This document shows positions 11,416-26,078 of a stretch of 64,000 nucleotides of DNA, piece after piece (the first letter of the stretch is position 1; each line of letters opens with the position of its first letter). Under the pieces are notes generated by a model. That model was not told the origin of the DNA and made no database searches. It saw nothing but the letters and a program-made list of their open reading frames with translations. Source of the DNA: Squalus acanthias (Eukaryota); assembly GCA_030390025.1 (NCBI GenBank), contig JASTWF010000359.1, forward strand, positions 124,001-188,000. Reading direction: 5' to 3'. The position numbers and the translations under genes are program-made.

Positions 11416-14400
11416 GTGTTTGATGGGACAGTGTAGATGGAGCTTTACTCTGTCTCTAACCCGTGCTGTAACTGCCCTGGGAGTGTTTCATGGGACAGTG
11501 TAGAGTGAGCTTTACTCGGTATCTAACCCGCGCTGTAGCTGCCCTGGGAGTGTTTGATGGGACAGTGTAGATGGAGCTTTACTCTGTATCTAACCTGTGC
11601 TGCACCTGCCCTGGGAGTGTTTGATGGGGACAGTGTAGAGGGAGTTTTACTCTGTTTCTAACCCTTGCTGTACCTGCCCTGGGAGTGTTTGATGGGACAG
11701 TGTAGAGGGAGCTTTACTCTGTATCTAACCCGTGCTGTACCTGCCTTGGGAGTGTTTGATGGGACAGTGTAGAGGGAGCTTTACTCTGTATCTAACCCGT
11801 GCTGTACCTGCCCTGGGAGTGTTTGATGGGACAGTGCAGAGGGAGCTTTACTCTGTATCTAACCCGTGCTGTACCTGCCCTGGGAGTGTTTGATGGGACA
11901 GTGTAGAGGGAGCTTTACTCTGTATCTAACCTGTGCTGTAACTGCCCTGGGAGTGTTTGATGGGACAGTGTCGAGGGAGCTTTACTCTGTATCTAACTCC
12001 ATGCTGTACCTGCCCTGGGAGTGTTTGATGGGACAGTGTAGAGGGAGCTTTACTCTATATCTAACCCGTGCTGTACCTGCCCTGGGAGTGTTTGATGGGA
12101 CAGTGTAGAGGAAGCTTTACTCTGTATCTAACCCGTGCTGTACCTGCCCTGGGAGTGTTTGATGGGACAGTGTAGAGGGAGCTTTACTCTGTCTCTAACC
12201 CGTGCTGTAACTGCCCTGGGAGTGTTTCATGGGACAGTGTAGAGTGAGCTTTACTCTGTATCTAACCCGCGCTGTAGCTGCCCTGGGAGTGTTTGATGGG
12301 ACAGTGTAGACGGAGCTTTACTCTGTATCTAACCTGTGCTGCACCTGCCCTGGGAGTGTTTGATGGGACAGTGTTGAGGGAACTTTACTCTGTATCTAAC
12401 CTGTGCTATACCTGCCCTGGGAGTGTTTGATGGGACAGTGGAGAGGGAGATTTACTCTGTATCTAACGCGTGCTGTACCTGCCCTGGGAGTGTTTGATGG
12501 GACAGTGTTGAGGGAGCTTTACTCTGTATCTAACCTGTGCTGTACCTGCCCTGGGAGTGTTTGATGGGACAGTGGAGAGGGAGATTTCCTCTGTGTCTAA
12601 CCCGTGCTGTACCTGCCCTGGGAGTGTTTGATGGGACAGTGTAGAGGGAGCTTTACTCTGTATCTAACCCGTGCTGTACCTGCCCTGGGAGTGTTTGATG
12701 GGACAGTGTAGAGGGAGCTTTACTCTGTATCTAACCCGTGCTGTACCTGCCCTGGGAGTGTTTGATGGGACAGTGTAGAGGGAGCTTTACTCTGTATCTA
12801 ACCCGTGCTGTACCTGCCCTGGGAGTGTTTGATGGGACAGTGTAGAGGGAGCTTTACTCTGTATCTAACCCGTGCTGTACCTGCCCTGGGAGTGTTTGAT
12901 GGGACAGTGTAGAGGGAGCTTTACTCTGTATCTAACCGTGCTGTACCTGCCCTGGGAGTGTTTGATGGGACAGTGTAGAGGGAGCTTTACTCTGTATCTA
13001 ACCCGTGCTGTACCTGCCCTGGGAGTGTTTGATGGGACAGTGTAGAGGGAGCTTTACTCTGTATCTAACCCGTGCTGTACCTGCCCTGGGAGTGTTTGAT
13101 GGGACAGTGTAGAGGGAGCTTTACTCTGTATCTAACCGTGCTGTACCTGCCCTGGGAGTGTTTGATGGGACAGTGTCGAGGGAGCTTTACTCTGTATCTA
13201 ACCCATGCTGTACCTGCCCTGGGAGTGTTTGATGGGACAGTGTAGAGGGAGCTTTACTCTGTATCTAACCCGTGCTGTACCTGCCCTGGGAGTGTTTGAT
13301 GGGACAGTGTAGAGGGAGCTTTACTCTGTATCTAACCCGTGCTGTACCTGCCTGGGAGTGTTTGATGGGACAGTGTAGAGGGAGCTTTCCTCTGTATCTA
13401 ACCCGTGCTGTACCTGCCCTGGGAGTGTTTGATGGGACAGTGTAGAGGGAGCTTTACTCTGTATCTAACCTGTGCTGTACCTGCACTGGGAGTGTTTGAT
13501 GGGACAGTGTAGAGGGAGCTTTACTCTGTATCTAACCCGTGCTGTACCTGCCCTGGGAGTGTTTGATGGGACAGTGTAGAGGGAGCTTTACTCTGTATCT
13601 AACCCGTGCTGTACCTGCCCTGGGAGTGTTTGATGGGACAGTGTAGAGGGAGCTTTACTCTGTATCTAACCCGTGCTGTACCTGCCCTGGGAGTGTTTGA
13701 TGGGACAGTGTAGAGGGAGCTTTACTCTGTATCTAACCCGTGCTGTACCTGCCCTGGGAGTGTTTGATGGGACAGTGTAGAGGGAGCTTTACTCTGTATC
13801 TAACCCGTGCTGTACCTGCCCTGGGAGTGTTTGATGGGACAGTGTAGAGGGAGCTTTACTCTGTATCTAACCCGTGCTGTACCTGCCCTGGGAGTGTTTG
13901 ATGGGACAGTGTAGAGGGAGCTTTACTCTGTATCTAACCTGTGCTGTACCTGCCCTGGGAGTGTTTGATGGGACAGTGTAGAGGGAGCTTTACTCTGTAT
14001 CTAACCCGTGCTGTACCTGCCCTGGGAGTGTTTGATGGGACAGTGTAGAGGGAGCTTTACTCTGTATCTAACCCGTGCTGTACCTGCCCTGGGAGTGTTT
14101 GATGGGACAGTGTTGAGGGAGCTTTACTCTGTATCTGACGCGTGCTGTCCCTATCCTGAGAGTGCTTGATGGGACAGTGTAGACGGATCGTTACTCTGTA
14201 TCAAACCCGTGCTGTACCTGCCCTGGGAGTGTTTGATGGGACAGTGTAGAGGGAGCTTTACTCTGTATCTCACCCATGCTGTACCTGCCCTGGGAGTGTT
14301 TGATGGGACAGTGTAGAGGCAGCTTTACTCTGTATCTAACCCGTGCTGTACCTAGCCTGGGAGTGTTTGATGGGACAGTGTAGAGGGAGATTTCCTCTGT

Positions 14401-17400
14401 GTCCAACGCGTGCTGTACCTGCCCTGGGAGTCTTTCATGGGACAGTGTAGAGGGAGCTTTACTCTGTATCTAACCCGCGCTGTACCTGCCCTGGGAGTGT
14501 TTGATGGGACAGTGTAGACGGAGCTTTACTCTGTATCTAACCTGTGATGTACCTGCCCTGGGAGTGTTTGATGGGGACAGTGTAGAGGGAGTTTTACCCT
14601 GTTTCTAACCCTTGTTGCACCTGCCCTGGGAGTGTTTGATGGGACAGTGTAGAGGGAGCTTTACTCTGTATCTCACCCGCGCTGTCCCTGCCCTGGGAGT
14701 GTTTGATGGGACTGTGTCGTGGGAGCTTTCCTCTGCGTCTAACGCGTGCTGTACCTGCCCTGGGAGTGTTTGATGGAACAGTGTAGAGGGAGCTTTACTC
14801 TGTATCTCACGAGTGCTGTACCTGACTGGGAGTGTTTGTAGGGACAGTGCAGAGGGAGCTTTACTCTGTATCTCACCCATGCTGAACCTGCCCTGGGAGT
14901 GTTTGATGGGACAGTGTAGAGGGAGCTTTACTCTGTATCTAACCTGTGCTGTACCTGCCCTGGGAGTGTTTGATGGGACAGTGTAGAGGGAGCTTTCCTC
15001 TGTGTCCAGCGTGTGCTGTCCCTGCCCTGGGAGTGTTTGATGGGACAGTGCAGAGGGAGATTTCCTCTGTGTCCAACGCGTGTTGTACCTGCCCTGGGAG
15101 TGTTTCATGGGACAGTGTAGAGTGAGCTTTACTCTGTATCTAACCCGCGCTGTACCTGCCCTGGGAGTGTTTGATGGGACAGTGTAGACGGAGCTTTACT
15201 CTGTATCTAACGAGTGCTGTACCTGACTGGGAGTGTTTGTAGGGACAGTGCAGAGGGAGCTTTACTCTGTATCAAACCCGTGCTGTACCTGCCCTGGGAG
15301 TGTTTGATGGGACAGTGTAGAGGGAGCTTTACTCTGTATCTCACCCATGCTGTACCTGCCCTGGGAGTGTTTGATGGGACAGTGTAGAGGCAGCTTTACT
15401 CTGTATCTAACCCCGTGCTGTACCTAGCCTGGGAGTGTTTGATGGGACAGTGTAGAGGGAGATTTCCTCTGTGTCCAACGCGTGTTGTACCTGCCCTGGG
15501 AGTGTTTCATGGGACAGTGTAGAGTGAGCTTTACTCTGTATCTAACCCGCGCTGTACCTGCCCTGGGAGTGTTTGATGGGACAGTGTAGACGGAGCTTTA
15601 CTCTGTATCTAACCTGTGATGTACCTGCCCTGGGAGTGTTTGATGGGGACAGTGTAGAGGGAGTTTTACCCTGTTTCTAACCCTTGTTGCACCTGCCCTG
15701 GGAGTGTTTGATGGGACAGTGTAGAGGGAGCTTTACTCTGTATCTAACCCGCGCTGTCCCTGCCCTGGGAGTGTTTGATGGGACTGTGTCGTGGGAGCTT
15801 TCCTCTGCGTCTAACGCGTGCTGTACCTGCCCTGGGAGTGTTTGATGGAACAGTGTAGAGGGAGCTTTACTCTGTATCTCACGAGTGCTGTACCTGACTG
15901 GGAGTGTTTGTAGGGACAGTGCAGAGGGAGCTTTACTCTGTATCTCACCCATGCTGAACCTGCCCTGGGAGTGTTTGATGGGACAGTGTAGAGGGAGCTT
16001 TACTCTGTATCTAACCTGTGCTGTACCTGCCCTGGGAGTGTTTGATGGGACAGTGTAGAGGGAGCTTTCCTCTGTGTCCAGCGTGTGCTGTCCCTGCCCT
16101 GGGAGTGTTTGATGGGACAGTGCAGAGGGAGATTTCCTCTGTGTCCAACGCGTGTTGTACCTGCCCTGGGAGTGTTTCATGGGACAGTGTAGAGTGAGCT
16201 TTACTCTGTATCTAACCCGCGCTGTACCTGCCCTGGGAGTGTTTGATGGGACAGTGTAGACGGAGCTTTACTCTGTATCTAACGAGTGCTGTACCTGACT
16301 GGGAGTGTTTGTAGGGACAGTGCAGAGGGAGCTTTACTCTGTATCAAACCCGTGCTGTACCTGCCCTGGGAGTGTTTGATGGGACAGTGTAGAGGGAGCT
16401 TTACTCTGTATCTCACCCCATGCTGTACCTGCCCTGGGAGTGTTTGATGGGACAGTGTAGAGGCAGCTTTACTCTGTATCTAACCCCGTGCTGTACCTAG
16501 CCTGGGAGTGTTTGATGGGACCGTGTAGAGGGAGATTTCCTCTGTGTCCAACGCGTGTTGTACCTGCCCTGGGAGTGTTTCATGGGACAGTGTAGAGTGA
16601 GCTTTACTCTGTATCTAACCCGCGCTGTACCTGCCCTGGGAGTGTTTGATGGGACAGTGTAGACGGAGCTTTACTCTGTATCTAACCTGTGATGTACCTG
16701 CCCTGGGAGTGTTTGATGGGGACAGTGTAGAGGGAGTTTTACCCTGTTTCTAACCCTTGTTGCACCTGCCCTGGGAGTGTTTGATGGGACAGTGTAGAGG
16801 GAGCTTTACTCTGTATCTAACCCGCGCTGTCCCTGCCCTGGGAGTGTTTGATGGGACTGTGTCGTGGGAGCTTTCCTCTGCGTCTAACGCGTGCTGTACC
16901 TGCCCTGGGAGTGTTTGATGGAACAGTGTAGAGGGAGCTTTACTCTGTATCTAACGAGTGCTGTACCTGACTGGGAGTGTTTGTAGGGACAGTGCAGAGG
17001 GAGCTTTACTCTGTATCTCACCCATGCTGAACCTGCCCTGGGAGTGTTTGATGGGACAGTGTAGAGGGAGCTTTACTCTGTATCTAACCTGTGCTGTACC
17101 TGCCCTGGGAGTGTTTGATGGGACAGTGTAGAGGGAGCTTTCCTCTGTGTCCAGCGTGTGCTGTCCCTGCCCTGGGAGTGTTTGATGGGACAGTGTAGAG
17201 GGAGCTTTACTCTGTATCTAAGCCGTGCTGTACCTGCCCTGGGATTGTTTGATGGGACAGTGTAGAGGGAGCTGTACTCTGTATCTAACCGCATGCTGTA
17301 CCTGCCCTGGGAGTGTTTGATGGGACAGTGTAGAGGGCGCATTACTCTGTATCTGACCCCGTGCTGTCCCTGCCCTGGGAGTGTATGATGAGACTGTGTA

Positions 17401-18396
17401 GAGGGAGCTTTACTCTATATCTGACGCGTGCTGTAGCTGCCCTGAGAGTCTTTGATGGGACAGTGTAGAGGGAGCTTTACTCTGTATCTAACCCATGCTG
17501 GACCTGTCCTGGGAGTGTTTGATGGGACAGTGTAGAGGGAGCTTTACTCTGTATCTAACCCCGTTCTGTACCTGCCCTGGGAGTGTTTGATGGGACAGTG
17601 TAGAGGGAGCTTTACTCTGTATCTAACCTGTGCAGTACCTGCCCTGGGAGTGTTTGATGGGGACAGTGTAGAGGGAGTTTTACTCTGTTTCTAACCTGTG
17701 CTGTACCTGCCCTGGGAGTGCTTGATGGGACAGTGTAGAGGGAGCTTTACTCTGTATCTAACCCGTGCTGTACCTGCCCTGGGAGTGTTTGATGTGAAAG
17801 TGTAGAGGGTGCTTTACTCTGTATCTAACGAGTGCTGTACCTGACTGGGAGTGTTTGATGGGACAGTGCAGAGGGAGCTTTACTCTGTATCTAACCCCGT
17901 GCTGTACCTGCCCTGGGAGTGTTTGATGGGACAGTGTAGAGGGAGCTTTACTCTGGATCTGACCGATGCTGTACCTGCCTTGGGAGTGTTTGATGGGACA
18001 GTGTAGATGGAGCTTTACTCTATCTCTAACCCGTGCTGTACCTGCCCTGGGAGTGTTTCATGGGACAGTGTAGAGTGAGCTTTACTCTGTATCTAACCCG
18101 CGCTGTACCTGCCCTGGGAGTGTTTGATGTGACAGTGTAGACGGAGCTTTACTCTTTATCTAACCTGTGCTGTACCTGCCCTGGGAGTGTTTGATGGGAC
18201 AGTGTGGAGGGTGCTTTACTCTGTATCTAACCCGTGCTGTACCTGCCCTGAGAGTGTTTGAAGGGTCAGTGTATAGGGAGCTTTACTCTGTATCTAACCC
18301 GTGCTGTACCTGCCCTGGGAGTGTTTGATGGGACAGTATAGAGGGAGCTTTCCTCTGTGTCCAACGCGTGCTGTACCTGCACTGGGAATGTTTGAT

Positions 18397-18557
18397 GGAC
18401 AAAATTGAGAGGTCGCACAACACCAGGTTATAGTCCAACAGTTTTATTTGAAATCACAAGCTTTCGGAACTTCAAATAAAACTGTTGGACTATAACCTGG
18501 TGTTGTGCGACCTCTCAATTTTGTCCACCCCAGTCCAACACCGGCATCTCCGCATCA
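18397..18557. mobile_element. Penelope inverted pLTR remnant with 31-nt tail
   Basis: 56-bp perfect inverted arms at 18397-18452 and 18471-18526, an 18-nt spacer holding half of the hammerhead, and a tail at 18527-18557. ATGTTTGATGG occurs at both junctions. Confidence 0.88.
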
Positions 18558-21500
18558 TGTTTGATGGGACAGTGTAGTGGGAGCTTTACTCTGTATCTAA
18601 CGAGTGCTGTACCTGACTGGGAGTGGTTGTAGGGACACTCACACACACTCACACACACTCACACACACTCACACACACACACTCACACTCACACACACAC
18701 ACTCACACTCACTCACTCACACGCACATTCACACTCACACGCACATACTCACCCACACACACTCACACACACACTCACTCACACTCACTCACTCACACGC
18801 ACATTCACACTCACTCACACTCACACACTCACTCACACACACACACTCACACACACACACTCACACTCACACACACACTCACACACACACTCACACTCAC
18901 ACGCACATACTCACCCACACACACTCACACACACACACTCACTCACACTCACTCACTCACACGCACATTCACACTCACTCACACTCACACACTCACACAC
19001 TCACTCACACACACACACTCACCCACACTCACTCACACTCACACTCACCCACACATACACACCCACACACACTCACACACTCACTCACTCACACTCACAC
19101 ACACTCACCCACACTCACTCACTCACACTCACTCACTCACACACACTCACCCACACTCACTCACACTCACACTCACCCATACACACTCACCCACACACAC
19201 TCACCCATACTCACACACTCACTCACACTCACTCACACACACACTCACACTTACACCCACACACTCACCCACACTCACTCACTCACTCACACACACACTC
19301 ACAGTCACACACTCACACACACCCACTCACCCACACTCACACACACACACACTCACACTCACACTCACACACACTCACACACACACACTCACACTCACAC
19401 ACACACACACTCACACACACACTCACACACACACTCTCACCCACACGCACCCACCCACACTCACACTCACTCACACTCACACTCACACTCACACTCACAC
19501 ACACACACTCACCCACATGCACACCCATACCCACACCCACTCACCCACACTCACTCACACTCACCCACACGCACACTCACAGTCACACACACACTCACTC
19601 ACTCACACTTACACTCACACACACACACACTCACCCACGCACCCTCACACACACACTCACCCACACTCACTTACTCACACACACACTCACACTCACACAG
19701 ACTCACACACACTCACACTCACACTCACAGTCACACACACACTCACCCACACTCACTCACTCACAGGCACACTCACACTCACACACACACACTTACCCAC
19801 ACTCACTCACTCACACTCACACACACACTCACACTCACACACACACACTTACCCACACTCACTCACTCACACTCACACACTCACACACTCACTCACACAC
19901 ACACACTCACACACACACACTCACACGCACACTCACACTCACACACACGCACTCACACTCACAACACACACACTTACCCACACTCACTCACTCACACTCA
20001 CACACACACTCACAGTCACACACACACACTCACCCACACACACTCACCCACACACACTCACTCACACTCACTCACTCACACGCACACTCACACTCACACA
20101 CACACTCACGCACACACTCACACTCACAACACACACACTCACCCACACTCACTCACTCACACTCACACACACACACAGTCACAGTCACCCACACACACTC
20201 ACACACACACTCACTCATACTCACTCACTCACACTCACCCACACACACACTCACCCAAACACACTCACCCACACACACTCACTCATACTTACTCACTCAC
20301 ACTCACACTCACCCACTCACGCTCACTCACACTCACTCACACTCACCCACACTCGCTCACACTCACACACACTCACCCACACTCACGCACTCACACACAC
20401 TCACCCACACTCAGTCACTCACACTCACTCACTCACACTCACTCACTCACACACACTCACCGACACTCACTCACTCACACTCACACACACACTCACCCAC
20501 ACACACTCACCCACACTCACCCACTCCCACACTCACATTCACACTCACACTCACCCACTCACTCACACGCACACTCACACACACTCACACAAACACACAC
20601 ACACACACTCACCCACACTCACACGCACACTCACACTCACTCACACGCACACTCACACTCACCCACACTCACTCACACTCACACGCACACTCACACTCAC
20701 TCACAGTCACACACACACACTCACCCACACTCACACAGTCACACACACACTCACAGTCACACACAAACTCACTCACACTCACACTCACCCACACACTCAC
20801 CTACACTCACTCACTCACACGCACACTCACACACTCACCCACACACACCCACACTCACCCACACTCACACACACACACACTCACACACACACACTCACAC
20901 TCACACACACACACACACACTCACACACACACACACACTCACACTCACACTCACTCACACTCACCCACACACTCACACACACACTCACACACACACACTC
21001 ACACTCACACTCACACCCACACTCACACCCACACTCACACTGACTCACTCACTCACTCACTCACACTCAGATACTCACTCATACTCACATTCACACACAC
21101 ACACACACACTCACTCACACTCACTCACTGATGCTCACACTCACACACACTCACTCTCACACTCACACACACTCACTCACCCACACACACTCACCCACAC
21201 ACACTCACTCACACTCACACTCACTTACACTCACACTCACACTCACTCACACACACAGTCACCCACACTCACACACTCACACTCACACTCACCCACACAC
21301 ACTCACTCACACTCACTCACTGATGCTCACACTCACACACACTCACTCTCACACTCACACACACTCACTCACCCACACACACTCACCCACACACACTCAC
21401 TCACACTCACACTCACTTACACTCACACTCACACTCACTCACACACACAGTCACCCACACTCACTCACTCACACTCACACACACACACACACTCACACTC

Positions 21501-22153
21501 ACTCACACACACACACACTCACACTCACACTCACTCACACTCACACACACACACTCACACACACTCACTCACCCACACACACTCACCCACACACACTCAC
21601 CCACACACACTCACTCTCACTCACACTCACACACACACACTCACACACACACTCACACACACACTCACACACACACACACTCACACACACACTCACACAC
21701 ACACACACACACTCACACTCACACTCACACTCACCCACACACGCTCACCAACACACACTCACTCACACTCACTCACTCACACTCACACACACACACTCAC
21801 ACACACTCACTCACACACACACACATTCACCCACACACACTCACCCACACACACTCACCCACACACACTCACCCACACACACTCACTCTCACACACACAC
21901 TCACACACTCACACACACACTGACACACACACACACACTCACACTCACACTCACACACACTTACACTCACACTCACACACACACTCACACACACACTCAC
22001 ACACACACTCACTCACACACTTACACTCACACTCACACACACACTCACACACACACACTCACACACACCCACACACACTCACACACCTACACTCACACAC
22101 CTACACTCACACACACCTACACTCACACACTCACTTACACTCACACACACACT

Positions 22154-22301
22154 CATAGAAACATAGAAACAGAGAAGGTAGGAGCAGGAGTAGGCCATTC
22201 GGCCTCTCGAGCCTGCTCCGCCATTCGATGAGATCATGGCTGATCATCCAAACTCAGTACCCTGTCCCTGCCTTCTCCCCATATCCCTTGATACCTTTAG
22301 C
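22154..22301 (-). mobile_element. CR1 LINE 3' end fragment (~150 bp) in the microsatellite
   Basis: CATAGAAA octamer tail, and 3' sequence matching the CR1 ends at ~33865-33990 and ~43524-43670. Confidence 0.9.
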
Positions 22302-22472
22302 TCACACACACACATACACTCATACACACTCTCACACACTTACACTCACACTCACACTCACACACTCACTCACACACACACACTCACTCACACTCAGACA
22401 CTCACTCACACACACACTCTCACACACTTACACTCACACTCACACACTCACACTCACACACTCACACTCACA

Positions 22473-22503
<31 letters not shown>

Positions 22504-25500
22504 AGACACACACTCACACACACACTCACACTCACATTCACACACACTCACACTCACACTCACACACACACACTCACCCACATGCACACCCACACCCACA
22601 CCCACTCACCCACACTCACTCACACTCACCCACACGCACACTCACAGTCACACACACACTCACTCACTCACACTTACACTCACACTCACACACACACACA
22701 CACTCACCCACGCACCCTCACACACACACTCACCCACACTCACTTACTCACACACACACTCACACTCACACAGACTCACACACACTCACACTCACACTCA
22801 CAGTCACACACACACTCACCCACACTCACTCACTCACAGGCACACTCACACTCACACACACGCACTCACACTCACAACACACACACTTACCCACACTCAC
22901 TCACTCACACTCACACACACACTCACAGTCACACACACACACTCACCCACACACACTCACCCACACACACTCACTCACACTCACTCACTCACACGCACAC
23001 TCACACTCACACACACACACTCACGCACACACTCACAACACACACACTCACCCACGCTCACTCACTCACACTCACACACACACACACAGTCACAGTCACC
23101 CACACACACTCACACACACACTCACTCATACTCACTCACTCACACTCACCCACACACACACTCACCCAAACACACTCACCCACACACACTCACTCATACT
23201 CACTCACTCACACTCACACTCACCGACTCACGCTCACTCACACTCACTCACACTCACCCACACTCGCTCACACTCACACACACTCACCCACACTCACGCA
23301 CTCACACACACTCACCCACACTCAGTCACTCACACTCACTCACTCACACTCACTCACTCACACACACTCACCGACACTCACTCACTCACACTCACACACA
23401 CACTCACCCACACACACTCACCCACACTCACCCACTCTCACACTCACATTCACACTCACACTCACACACACTCACACAAACACACACACACACACTCACC
23501 CACACTCACACGCACACTCACACTCACTCACACGCACACTCACACTCACCCACACACACACTCACACTCACACGCACACTCACACTCACTCACAGTCACA
23601 CACACACACTCACCCACACTCACACAGTCACACACACACTCACAGTCACACACAAACTCACTCACACTCACACTCATACCACACACTCACCTACACTCAC
23701 TCACTCACACGCACACTCACACACTCACCCACACACACCCACACTCACCCACACTCACACACACACACACTCACACACACACACTCACACACACTCACAC
23801 ACACACACTCACACACACACACACTCACACTCACACTCACTCACACTCACCCACACACTCACACACACACTCACACACACTCACACACACACACTCACAC
23901 TCACACTCACACCCACACTCACACCCACACTCACACTGACTCACTCACTCACTCACTCACACTCAGATACTCACTCATACTCACACTCTCACACACACAC
24001 ACACACACACTCACACTCACACTCACCCACACACACTCACTCACACTCACTCACTCATGCTCACACTCACACACACTCACTCTCACACTCACACACACTC
24101 ACTCACTCACCCACACACACTCACCCACACACACTCACTCACACTCACACTCACTCACACTCACACTCACACTCACTCACACACACACTCACCCACACTC
24201 ACTCACTCACACGCACACTGACACTCACACACTCACTCACACTCACACACACACACACTCACACTCACACACACATACACTCTCTCACACACACACACAC
24301 ACACACACTCACAACACACACACTGACCCACACTCACTCACTCACGCACACACTCACAGTCACAGTCACACACACACACTCACCCACACACGCTCGCTCA
24401 TACTCACTCACTCACACTCACTCACACACACACTCACCCACACACACTCACACACACTCACTCACTCACACACACACTCACACTCACACTCACTCACTCA
24501 CACTCACTCACTCACACTCACTCACTCACCCACACCACACCCACTCACCCACACTCACTCACACTCACCACACGCACACTCACAGTCACACACACACTCA
24601 CTCACTCACACTTACACTCACACTCACACACACACACACACTCACCCACGCACCCTCACACACACACTCACCCACACTCACTTACTCACACACACACTCA
24701 CACTCACACAGACTCACACACACTCACACTCACACTCACAGTCACACACACACTCACCCACACTCACTCACTCACAGGCACACTCACACTCACACACACG
24801 CACTCACACTCACAACACACACACTTACCCACACTCACTCACTCACACTCACACACACACTCACAGTCACACACACACACTCACCCACACACACTCACCC
24901 ACACACACTCACTCACACTCACTCACTCACACGCACACTCACACTCACACACACACTCACGCACACACTCACAACACACACACTCACCCACGCTCACTCA
25001 CTCACACTCACACACACACACACAGTCACAGTCACCCACACACACTCACACACACACTCACTCATACTCACTCACTCACACTCACCCACACACACACTCA
25101 CCCAAACACACTCACCCACACACACTCACTCATACTCACTCACTCACACTCACACTCACCGACTCACGCTCACTCACACTCACTCACACTCACCCACACT
25201 CGCTCACACTCACACACACTCACCCACACTCACGCACTCACACACACTCACCCACACTCAGTCACTCACACTCACTCACTCACACTCACTCACTCACACA
25301 CACTCACCGACACTCACTCACTCACACTCACACACACACTCACCCACACACACTCACCCACACTCACCCACTCTCACACTCACATTCACACTCACACTCA
25401 CACACACTCACACAAACACACACACACACACTCACCCACACTCACTCACACTCACCCACACGCACACTCACAGTCACACACACACTCACTCACTCACACT

Positions 25501-25957
25501 TACACTCACACTCACACACACACACACACTCACCCACGCACCCTCACACACACACTCACCCACACTCACTTACTCACACACACACTCACACTCACACAGA
25601 CTCACACACACTCACACTCACACTCACAGTCACACACACACTCACCCACACTCACTCACTCACAGGCACACTCACACTCACACACACGCACTCACACTCA
25701 CAACACACACACTTACCCACACTCACTCACTCACACTCACACACACACTCACAGTCACACACACACACTCACCCACACACACTCACCCACACACACTCAC
25801 TCACACTCACTCACTCACACGCACACTCACACTCACACACACACACTCACGCACACACTCACAACACACACACTCACCCACGCTCACTCACTCACACTCA
25901 CACACACACACACAGTCACAGTCACCCACACACACTCACACACACACTCACTCATAC

Positions 25958-26078
25958 NNNNNNNNNNNNNNNNNNNNNNNNNNNNNNNNNNNNNNNNNNN
26001 NNNNNNNNNNNNNNNNNNNNNNNNNNNNNNNNNNNNNNNNNNNNNNNNNNNNNNNNNNNNNNNNNNNNNNNNNNNNNN
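25958..26078. other. Assembly gap (121 N)
   Basis: N run; the ~270 bp after it look error-rich. Confidence 0.99.

Larger units (their letters stand above)
1..18636. repeat. 67-bp tandem satellite, roughly 250 monomers; consensus CTGCCCTGGGAGTGTTTGATGGGACAGTGTAGAGGGAGCTTTACTCTGTATCTAACCCGTGCTGTAC
   Basis: Monomer recurs at 67-bp period (e.g. starts at 1 and 68). The array runs off the window start and is interrupted only by three Penelope inserts. Confidence 0.98.

Noticed and set aside
11866..17342. ORFs in the satellite (11866, 14191, 14605, 15677, 17073; also 5739 and 10511)
   Set aside because: Chance read-through of variant monomers; the peptides just cycle the three frames of the repeat.
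1..18636. CRISPR-like array
   Set aside because: Monomers are contiguous with no unique spacers, there are no cas genes, and the context is eukaryotic.
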